A DNA stretch of 64,000 nucleotides. Source: Octopus vulgaris. Lineage: Eukaryota. The notes below the pieces were generated by a model. It was given only the letters and a program-made list of their open reading frames with translations, did no database searches and was not told the origin of the DNA. The translations under genes were made by a program, and so were the position numbers. The stretch is from contig OX597820.1 in assembly GCA_951406725.2 (NCBI GenBank), positions 116,188,001 to 116,252,000 of the forward strand, in the 5' to 3' direction. Shown here piece by piece: positions 24,793 to 35,013 of this stretch (positions within the stretch are counted from its first letter, which is position 1; each line of letters starts with the position of its first letter).

Positions 24793-25225
24793 TTAAGTAA
24801 TTACATCATCAAGATCTTGAAGATATGAGATACTGCATGATTAATTCAAATCAATGGGAATCAATAAGCATTATGTTTGATGGGATAATCTGAACACTAA
24901 TGGACTCACACGGTATCAAACCACACTCTTTCTTCTCCAAGATATGGGTCTTGAAACTTTTCTTTTTCATATCTTAAATCTATTTTGGCTATCAAAATCC
25001 TTTGTCTTTCCTGCTTTATTATTAAATTATACTTTGCAAGCAACCTCTTGAAGCAAGACTAAAGAGAAACAAGGATTTCCAGTATGCAGCTCTTGCATTT
25101 AAACCTAACACATTATTCCTCTATACATTTGCCTTATTCTGTATATACATCTTAAAAATAAATCTTCACTGACATAAAAGATAGAAGCAACATTTTAATG
25201 AAAATTAATTTTTTTAAGCACTTAC

Positions 25226-25322
25226 ATATTTTGCGAAAAATGACCGATTGTCCCCCTGCTGACCTTTCTGCTTATCATGTTCCTCTCGTTTTAGTTTGTC
25301 AATGTACAACTGTGTTTCTGGT
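25226..25322 (-). CDS. EMC10: EMC10 exon 6 (PETQLYIDKLKREEHDKQKGQQGDNRSFFAKY)
   Basis: PET...SFFAKY conserved; ttgcag acceptor and gtaagt donor. Confidence 0.97.
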
Positions 25323-25999
25323 CTGCAATGACAAAAAGATTTATTAAATCACTAAAAAAGCTTAAATGCTTACTTTTGTTTGCGTCCTTCGCCTACTCCA
25401 TGGGCCAATAAAATAATTATATCTACTGGATAACTAAAAAGACAAAAGTATCAAACATGTTGATATTGAAAGGGTTAAGTCTATCCTAGGATAAACTTAA
25501 CCCTTTCAATATCAACTCACCTGAGTTTGCACCTGGTTCTTGTACAAAAATCTTATTCTAAATGTTAATAGTTGTGTTAAAACATCTCATAATTTTATAC
25601 AAGATAATTTGTCTAAGTAAGCTCTGTTGATTAAAAATTAATTGAAACACACAGGCATCAGAAATATGGTCAGGAATGGTTTAAGAAATTTTAATCCACA
25701 AAGTTGAATTTTGTCAGACCCTGGCACCTGTGCAGGTGGCACGTAAAAAGCACCCACTACACTCACGGAGTGGTTGGCGTTAGGAAGGGCATCCAGCTGT
25801 AGAAACACTGCCAGATCAGACTGGAGCCTGGTGCAGCCCTGGCTTCCCAGACTCCGGTCGAACTGTCCAACCCATGCTAGTGCGGAAAACGGACGTTAAA
25901 CGATGATGATGATGATGCTCCTGGGTGAAGAGCTTGCAATAAAATCCCAGCCACTGGGTTATTATATGTATGTGTGTGTGTGTGTGTATATGTATATAT

Positions 26000-26270
26000 G
26001 TATATATTACGCCCAAAACTGAATGTAAAACAGGGTGCACTGGCCCACAGGGGATTACAATCCCTGCAGGAGCTGGATACTGACATGAGTGATGATACCT
26101 CTTTCCAAGTGCACATTACCAAGATGGCAACAAAGTGCAGATGGCTGGATCCTGAGAACCTTCAGAACCAGAGGGAAGGAAACCATGAGGGTCCTCTGGA
26201 GGACATTCGTCCTCAGCCGCCTGGACTACTGCTCGCAGCTATGGTCACCTTGCAGTGTAAAATTAACCTA
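26000..26270 (+). mobile_element. CR1/L2-group LINE RT C-terminal relic
   Basis: GWILRTFRTR..ETM..LW.TFVLSRLDYCSQLWSP motif. Confidence 0.75.
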
Positions 26271-27316
26271 TATATGCTCATAAAAAATTGAAGAATCGAT
26301 TTTTCCTTTTGGCTTGTTGACTTGTATTCTATTGAGTTGGTCATTTTCAGTCTTTGATATGCTGTTTTTTTTTTAATGTTTCCACTAGCTTTAGACACTG
26401 GAATGTAGTCATGCTGGAGCACTGTGTTCAGGGTTTTAGCTGATCACATTGATCCCTGTGTCAAATCTTCAAGTTATGGACAGACACATATGATGGGCTT
26501 CCATACAACTCTCCCCCTTACCAAAAAGCATTGGTCAGTTTGGTCATCATTGTTGTTTAATGTCCACTTTTCTATTGGCTTGCATGGGACAGATAATTGT
26601 TGCAGCAGATTTTCTATGGCTGGATGCCCTTCCTGTCACCAACCCTCAACTGTTTTAAAGTAAAATAATATTTCCCCATAACCAGGCATGTTTTTCACAG
26701 GAGACTGAAAATGAAGGACATTGCTTGTATGATGGTGATGATTGTTTAAGACATCACATGATAGTTGTAAATGAGCATCATCTTCATAGAAATGAGGCTG
26801 TTTCCAGTCTTCCATGAAAAACTTGTCTGGCCATGGGGGGAAATATACTTCCCCAGGTGCTGCGCAGTGGGACTGAACCTGAGACCACATGGTTAGGAAG
26901 CAAGCTTCTCAACCACACAGCTACGTCCTGTCCAAGGTGCCTCGAAGTGGAATCAAATCAAGAGCCACATGGTTAGGATGTGAAACTTTTTAATCACATG
27001 ATTATTCGTGCATCTGTGAGAACAATTCCAGTATCAAAACTTCTGGAGTTTGTCTCTATGCCAACCATTCGTTAAAGCTCTGCCTCTAATTCTTTATCCA
27101 CCAAATTAAACAAATTGTTAGCTTCAGAAAATGTAATTTGTTTTGTAAGCATAAGGTTAACAAACCAAAAAATGAAGCAGATTATGTGAATTTTAGAAAA
27201 AATACTTAAACACATATAAAGTAATTATAATTTTGTTGAATAATCATTAATGTAAACAGACAACTTCAGAAGGTTAAACAATTAATGAAAAGATTAAAAG
27301 TTTATCCAATACTTAC

Positions 27317-27501
27317 AATGGACCTGCTACAGTTTGGTCATCATCAATGGTTGTTTAATGTCCACTTTTCTATTGGCTTGCATGGGACAGATAATTGTTG
27401 CAGCAGATTTTCTATGGCGACATGGTCACTCCAACAACTTCACCAGATTGGTCAACATTCAAAGTAAGTAAATCAGACAAACCAGATTCATACAGCTGAC
27501 A
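27317..27501 (-). CDS. EMC10: EMC10 exon 5, disrupted in this sequence (CQLYESGLSDLLTLNVDQSGEVVGVTMSP*KICCNNYLSHASQ*KSGH*TTIDDDQTVAGP)
   Basis: Both ends are homologous to EMC10 (C.L.ES.LSD.LTL.VD..G.VVGV; T.AGP). Canonical splice sites; 185 nt; phase 0/2. Three in-frame stops lie in a tract identical to 26552-26620. Confidence 0.85.
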
Positions 27502-27585
27502 CTAAAAAGAAAAATACGACAAACATATGAACAAGTTTGTTAAGGGCTCCAATGGTGAGAAATTAAGTAGTCATAGCTTAATTAC

Positions 27586-27868
27586 TCTAATCTTTATATA
27601 TAAAAGTGAAGTTGTGTGTCTGTCTGTCTCCTACGATTTAGATTCGTAACTACTCCCACATTTTGCGGTGCAGTGTAATCAAAACCGGGTATCTTGTAGT
27701 CGTGATTCATATGGAGCCCTTCTGGGTATTAGCGCACGTCTATGATGAGTCTAAGATTTAAAAAAAAAATTTACCATAATTTTTTTCCCATTTTTAATGC
27801 ATTTTTTTGGCTATAACTCTCTAAAAATGCTTATATAGTTATTTCCCTTACAAACCCAATACTGCTAG
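27586..27868 (+). mobile_element. non-autonomous Helitron-like element
   Basis: 5' TCT..TATATATAAAA start, gtctgtct repeats, 3' CTAG|T terminus. Confidence 0.65.
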
Positions 27869-28404
27869 TTGTTTGATAAATGTATTTTGGATAAGAATTC
27901 AAATTTCATTAAAATTTTAAAAAAAAATGGATTCTGACTGTAGCTTTGGGACAGTGCAACTACCAGAGACACAAACATCCCGAACCAAACCCTTGACTCA
28001 AACTAACACACTATAATCACTAACTCCGCCATCCATTGGATCCTTTCTGTCTCTGCTGTAATAGTTTCTGCTTCTATAAATTTGTCAGCTGTACACCATG
28101 GCAACCAGCACCACTTGCCTCCTCTAACCTCAACCATGTCATATACATTCAAATCTATATAAAACACTTTATCTAAATCTTTCATCTCAAAACTATAAGC
28201 CTTTGGAATACTGATCTTTCCTAATTGTCTCAAAACAAGGTGAACCTCACCTGCCACAAAGGGGGTTCCACAAGGGATTATGAATTTTATTCCTAAATTT
28301 CTTTTAGACTTAAAAATAAACTCCAACAAAAATGAAATTTTTTTCAAAAGACATGACTGAAATTCGGAAGAAATGAGCCAGAACTTGTAACTGGACATAC
28401 TTAC

Positions 28405-28512
28405 GGCCAGTATGAAGGTAGAAACATAATTGTGAGATTCCTCTTCATGTGCAGAACTGACTGGACGTACAGGAATTTTAATTCGATAGAAATCATTTCG
28501 TCCAGCAGCACT
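28405..28512 (-). CDS. EMC10: EMC10 exon 4 (SAAGRNDFYRIKIPVRPVSSAHEEESHNYVSTFILA)
   Basis: Matches the human pattern A..N.LYRVRIP...YVSSFV.A; tttcag acceptor and gtaagt donor. Confidence 0.95.
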
Positions 28513-28940
28513 CTGAAATGAACCAAAGAAAAAAAAACCAAAGACATCATCAATTTAATTCTTGATTCCCATGTTGGGATCGGTTGTATCGGTTTGATAG
28601 GATTCAGCAAGCCACATGGCCGGATGCCCTTCCCAACACCAACCACTTTATAAAGTGTACTGGGTGCTATTTGGCGTCACCAAAAAAGCTGCAAGACAGA
28701 AAAAGAACAGGTGAAAGGGGGGGGAAAAAAGCCACCCGCCGACAAATAATTGGGAGTGGGTGGGTTAATGTAGAGAAGCAAAAGTATGATTGAGAGACAA
28801 GCACAAGTGTGTTGCTATGGAGTATATATACTCATGTATATATACATGGGTATAATAATAATTTGAGGGAATATTATTCCTAACTTACAGGGAAAAATTC
28901 AATTTAGAAATACTAAATCAAATTTCACAAAATATATAAT

Positions 28941-29332
28941 ATACTCTTTTACTTGTTTCAGTCATTTGACTGCGGCCATGCTGAAGCACCGCCTTTAATC
29001 GAGCAACTCGACCCCGGGACTTGTTCTTTGTAAGCCCAGTACTTATTCTATTGGTCTTTTTTGCCGAACTGCTAAGTGATGGGGACATAAACACACCAGC
29101 ATCGGTTGTCAAGCAATGCTAGGGGGACAAACACAGACACACACACACATATATATATATAGATATATATATAGACGATGGGCTTCTTTCAGTTTCTGTC
29201 TACCAAATCCACTCACAAGGCTTTGGTCGGCCCGAGGCTATAGCAGAAAACACTTGCCCAAGGTGCCACACAGTGGGACTGAACCCGGAACCATGTGGTT
29301 GGTAAACAAGCTACTTACCACACAGCCACTCC
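28941..29332 (-). mobile_element. Nin-domain-like tRNA SINE (other near-full copies ~31748-32113 -, 38763-39157 -, 40441-40829 -, 48829-49248 +, 50418-50831 +, 56080-56525 +, 56829-57213 -, 60799-61218 +, 62370-62745 -)
   Basis: Highly similar ~390-bp copies. Each has an A/B-box head (gtggctgtgtggt...ggttcagtccc), a ccttgtgagtggatttgg core, an internal TA/TG tract and a (AAGAGTA)n tail. Confidence 0.93.
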
Positions 29333-30253
29333 TAGAAAAAAAAAACACCTTTTATATATACATGAGTATATATACTTTCATTGGGTTCAGATACTGGATG
29401 GTGGTCATACTGGGGCACTGCCTTCAAGAGGATATGACCTCAGTGTTGCATGCTACATATTTTGTTGACTTAGATAGACGAAAGATAGACGATTTAAACT
29501 CAGAATGGAAATAACAGAACACCAAATATTTTGTCTGATGTTACTGATTCTGTTACATGATCCATCATCATTTCAACGTTTACTTTTCCATGTTTGCATG
29601 GACTGGACAGAGTTTATTGAGGCAGATTTTCTACAGTCGGATGCTCTTCCCATTGCCAACCCTCAGCTGTTTCCAAGCTAGCTAATATTTCCTAATGGCC
29701 AGACATGTTTTTGGTGGAAGACTGGAAATGAATGACATATACTTTCAACAGTCACACACTGTCAAGACAGGGAGACAAACACACACACACATATGATGGA
29801 CTTCTCTCATTTCCCAACTACCAAATCAACTCTTGAGGCTTTGGTTGGTCTGGGATTACTGTAGAAGACATTTGCTCAAGGATCCAAGCAGTAGGACTGA
29901 ACCCAGGACCATGTGGTGGAGAAGCAAACTTCTTAACCCACACAGCCACCCCTGTGCCCCATATCTGACTAATAATCAAAGCACATGCAATTTAGCTTCT
30001 TGAAAATTGTTTTACATCTATTTCTTCATGTTTGTATTACAGCATAAGGTGCCTTGCTTAGAGGCATCATCACTGAAGATTGGAGCTCATGATTGGTGCA
30101 GGCTTGGCTGTGTGGTTAAAAAAATTTCCTTCTCAACCATGTTATCTTTGGTTCAGTTCCACTGCACTGCACCCTAGGCAAGTGTTTTCTACTATAGTTT
30201 TGGGCTGACCAAAGTCTTGTCAGTGGATTTTGTAAAGGGAAACTAAAATTGTG

Positions 30254-31330
30254 TCATCATCATCATCGTTTAACGTCTGCTTTCCATGCTAGCATCGGTT
30301 GGACGATTTGACTGAGGTTTGGCGAACCAGATGGCTGCACCAGGCTCCAATCTGATCTGGCAGAGTTTCTACAGCTGGATGCCCTTCCTAATGCCAACCA
30401 CTCCGAGAGTGTAGTGGGTGCTTTTACGTGCCATTGGCACGAGGGCCAGTCAGGCGGTACTGGCAACAGCCACGCTCAAATGGTGTTTACATGCCACCTA
30501 CACAGGAGCCAGTCCAGCGGTACTGGCAACGACCTCACTTGAATGTTTTTTCACGTGCCACCAGCACAAGTGCCAGTAAGGCAATGCTGGTAACGATCAC
30601 GCTCGAATGGTGCTTTTTATGTGCCACCGGCACAGAAGCCAGTTGCTCTGGCAACAATCACGCTTGGATGGTACTCTTAGTGCTCCACTAGCATGGATGT
30701 CAGTTATTGAATTTGATTTCGATTTCACTTGCCTCAACAGGTCTTTGCAAGCAGAATTTAGTGTCCAATGAAAGAAAGGTACGCATAAGTGGGCTGGTTA
30801 CACCCCTGGCAGAGGCCACAAGGTTATGGTCTCACTTGGCTTGCTGGGTCTTCTCAAGCACAGCATATTTCCAGAGGTCCCGGTCACTAGTCATTGCCTC
30901 GGTGAGGCCTAATGTTCGGTCATGCTTCACCACCTCATCCCAGGTCTTCCTGGGTCTACCTTTTCCACAGGTTCCCTCAACCACTAGGGTGTGGCACTTT
31001 TTCACACAGCTACCCACATCCATTCTCGCCACATGGCCATACCAGCGCAGTCGTCTCTCTTGCACACCACATCTGATGCTTCTTAGGTCCAACTTTTCTC
31101 TCAAGGTACTTACACTGTCGAGTATGCACACTGACATTACACATCTATCGGATCATACTGGCTTCCTTGCGAGCTTACGCATGTCCTCAGCAGTCACGGC
31201 CCATGTTTCACTGCCATGTTGCATGGCTGTTCATACACGTGTCATACTAATACCTGCAATTCTAATATTTAATTCAGCCTCTTGCTTCCCATCAACCATG
31301 GATAAGGTCTTGAGATACTCAAACTTCTGC
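30254..31330 (-). mobile_element. 5'-truncated RTE LINE with complete 3' UTR
   Basis: ORF 30832-31137 RRLRWYGHVARM...GRPRKTW...DRDLW is an RTE C-terminus. The 3' UTR carries ~55-60-bp degenerate repeats and a (GAT)n tail. Confidence 0.92.
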
Positions 31331-32124
31331 ACTTGTCTCAGTGATGTTCAATAAACACAAGAGAGCCCCGGGAAGATTTTCTTGAGAGGACCAATGTCTC
31401 AAGTCTTCACAACATTTACTCTCATATTTGCCTTGAGGGCACATGGTACTGAATCTATTCAGTTCATGCTGGAGATCACCTGAGGAGCCAAGTAGTCTGC
31501 AAATATCAACCCACTGAAATAAAGTTATTAAACATGATAATGATTACAACTATAGTATTTAAGACTTAAGACTATCTAAAGAGCAAGATAAGATGCAAGA
31601 TTGTCATCTGGTTGCAGCCAGTTTAAGTTGATAAGCGAGCAACCTTCAAGTTGTGCTGTCTCATTGTACAGCACTTGCTGGTTCAGTCCACTGAGGTGGA
31701 AATAAGAACTATGACAAACCAGTAACATACGACTAGCAGTTACTCTGTAACTTGTTTCAGTCATTTGACTGCGGCCATGCTGGAGCACCGCCCCTTAGTC
31801 GAGCAAACTGACCCCAGGACTTATTCTTTGTAAGCTTAGTACTTATTCTATTGGGTCTCTTTTGCCGAACTGCTAAGTTACGGGGGATGTAAACACACCA
31901 GCATTGGTTGTCAAGCGATGTTGGGGGGACAAACACAGATACACAAACATATATATGATGGGCTTCTTTCAGTTTCCGTCTACCAAATCCATTTATAAGG
32001 CTTTGGCTGGCATGAGGCTATAGTAGAAGACACTTGCCCAAGGTGCCATGCAGTGGGACTGAACCCGGAACCATGTGGTTGGTAAGCAAGCTACTTACCA
32101 CACAGCCACTCCTACCATTTCTGA

Positions 32125-34460
32125 CTTCAGAGTTTTTCCTCCTGGCATGTGATAGAAGCTGTTTTCTGCATATTTTCAGTGTTTACTGCCCCTGAGCATT
32201 TGCCACACACAAAATCTATCTTCCCAGTTAGCCTTTCTCTGATATTACTGCACCTCTTATGTGTCCATAGCTTACACCAGGTACATCTTATGGAGTTTCT
32301 ACCTACACCTTTTTTACAGATTGAGAAGGGCCATCTACCTGAAGGGATGCTGGTACAGCTCTCACTATCCACTCATCTATTCCTAGTTTCTGCATTGACC
32401 ACCAGATAAGGGATTGGGGGACCCTGTCAAAGGCTTTCTCCTTGTCAACAAAAGCAAGGTACAGAGGTTTATCTTTGGCTAGATATTTCTCCTGCAGCTG
32501 TCTTACCAGAAATATAGCATCAGTGGTGCTTTTCCCTGGCACAAACCCAAACTATCTTACCTAAACTGACTATCTCCCTAATTAGTTGGGCTATGACCCT
32601 CTCCGTGACTTTCATTACCTGATCCAACAACTTGATACCTCTGCAATTATTTGTATCTAATGTATCATCTATACCTTTGTAGCAGTTGACTATGGTGCTG
32701 CTACACCAGTCATTGGGTATGACTCCTTCATGTATCACCTGATTGACTAAACAGGTGACTAGACTATAGCTGACACAGCCAAATACTTTAAGCATCTCTG
32801 TGGTGTTTCCTGATGGGCCGGGGGCTTTTCCTGTCTTCATACCTTTAATTGCTTTATCTACCAAGGTACTGTCAATTCAGGTAGCTGGTCCCTCTGTTGA
32901 GACGACATTCGGCAGACTCTCTTTCTCCCATTCATTCTCTTCAATCAGCAACCTTTCATAGTGGCATCTCCAAGTCTCTCTCTTTGCAGCCTCATTAAAT
33001 GCAAATGAGCCATCATCCATGCAGACACATTTCTCTCCTATAACATCATGATTCTCTCTCACACACTGTCTTGCAATACAAAACACTTCAAGTCCTTGGT
33101 CCTCACAATGCAGAACATTGGCAGATTTTTATCTGCCTCCCCTCTGGCTAAGTAAACCTGTCTCCTAGCTTCCCTTCTGGCAATCTGATACAATTCCCTG
33201 CTACCACCATTCTTCCAGTTCTCTCATGCCTGTTTCTTTTCCCTAATGGCCCCGTCAACTACATTGTTCCACCACTACATTACTTTGAGTCGAGAGGGGA
33301 CTTTGCACCATCCACAGATCTGGTCAGTAACCCACAACAGGTTGTCCTGCAGGAACCTCCAGTTGACTTCCACATCATGTGATGCTATATCCCCCTCTAT
33401 TTCACCAAAAGCTTCGAGTAATACGTCTGTAAATCTCTGTCCATTCACAAGATCCTTAAGCTTCTAGAGCCTTCTTCTCCAAGCTGGTTGTTTTCTGGGC
33501 ATCAATTTGACTACTGTGTCCACCAGATCGGTAGGTGAATAGGTGACTGGTAGGTTTCCTGAAGTTAGTATTACAAACCATAAGATCATTTGCATTGCAG
33601 AACTTCAGCAGCCTGGTTCTCTCCTCATTGCAGGAACCAAAACCATAGCCTCCATGTACACCATGGAAGCCCCACTGCATGTTTTCCAACATGCTCATTG
33701 AAGTTGCCAGCCACAAAGAGAAGGTCCCTATCATTCATCAACAAGGTAGTCTGCAAGAGGGTGTCATAAAATCAGTCTTTCTGTTCATCAGGTAGCCCCC
33801 AGCTGAGGGGCATAAGCCGAGATAATGGTTGCCAACCCACATTGCAGCACTAATCTAATCATAAGTATTCTATTACAGACTCTGACTACCTTGATTACCT
33901 TATCAACTCATTTCTCTGCAAGAAGTATACCCATGCTCCCGACCCCATCAGTGTTCCCTACCCAGAAAATCTTATACCTGTGTTCTTTGCTTGTGAGGAA
34001 CCTAGCAGAACTTCCTCTTCACCTTACTTCTTGGATGCAGTACAAATCTACATGTCTCTGTTCAAGCATCTCAACAATCTCACCAGACCTAGCTTTCAGT
34101 GTGCCAACTCTGAAGGTGTGGGAGGTGTAGGCCCAGGAGACCCTGGGATAGGGGACAGCAGCATCATGTACCTAAAAAGAAAGCTCACATTCGGCAGAAC
34201 TTATAAACATACAATGGCCTTCAACCTGCATACACGGCACCATCATTTTATGCGTTACATAATCACTATATTACATAGGAGATAACCCATAAGTAGGGAC
34301 GGGGGAACATTAAGCCTTTGGAGGTGTTCATGAGGGAGACGTCTGATAGAGGTAGGAGGATAGAGACTTCCAGTACAGGTGGGGGTGGGAAGAGCAGGCG
34401 CACTGCGAAATAGCAAAAACTCAGGCTGCCGAGCTATAACCAACAGGTTTTGGTCAGCCA
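32125..34460 (-). mobile_element. degenerate RTE LINE (5' UTR, APE, partial RT, PHD-like insert)
   Basis: MKTGKAPGPSG, RGIKLL, GKSTTDAIF..RQLQEK, AFVD.EKAFDRV and NTNFRK motifs, with frameshifts. Confidence 0.92.
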
Positions 34461-34547
34461 AACTGTGACAAAATTAGATAAATGAATGAATAAATGACAA
34501 TAATAAATGAGCATGAAAGAGAGGGAGATTGAGCGAAGGGCTCTTAA

Positions 34548-34759
34548 CCCTTTCGTTACTGCATTTATTTTGAGATGCTCCGTGTTTCTTTCAATTACTT
34601 TAAATATAACAAAGAATTTAGTAAAATGACTTTAATATCATTCAGCTAGTGTTAGGAACATAAATTGTGACTAAGGTTTGGTGGAAGATTTTAATTCAAA
34701 ATTTATGAAAACAAGACATTTGTACTACAGAGCCAGTTATCGGGTTGGTAACGAAAGGG
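34548..34759. mobile_element. piggyBac-type MITE (other copies 36260-36480, partial ~41840-41907, interrupted 61243-61769)
   Basis: TTAA TSD on both sides; TIR CCCTTTCGTTAC/GTAACGAAAGGG; shared internal sequence among copies. Confidence 0.9.
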
Positions 34760-34897
34760 TTAAGTTGTTTTTTCTCTAAGCGTACAACATGGATGACAAA
34801 ACCGTGTTTACATAGATAGATAATGAAATGAAATAATAAAGTAATTATAATAATTAATATGCGCTGTAAAAGAGGTTTTAGATGAGTGCTCACTTAC

Positions 34898-35013
34898 TTT
34901 TAACACTTCTTTTTCTTGAGGGGTCAGCTGCCCAGCTGGTGAGAAATGGGCTTTGTTCATTTTAAATGATCGTATAATTATGTTACCCCTTCGTGTGAAA
35001 GCAGAGTCTGGAC
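34898..35013 (-). CDS. EMC10: EMC10 exon 3 (SPDSAFTRRGNIIIRSFKMNKAHFSPAGQLTPQEKEVLK)
   Basis: F..RG and QL...E...L motifs; ttccag acceptor, gtaagt donor; phase 1/0. Confidence 0.93.

Noticed and set aside
27350-27418. Small cryptic intron removing the stops in EMC10 exon 5
   Set aside because: No convincing GT..AG pair removes all three stops while keeping the frame, and removal would delete a region present in orthologues.
29116-29514. Recurrent 'FRLPNPLTR...' and 'MTTDAGVF...' ORF family
   Set aside because: Translations of non-coding SINE copies.
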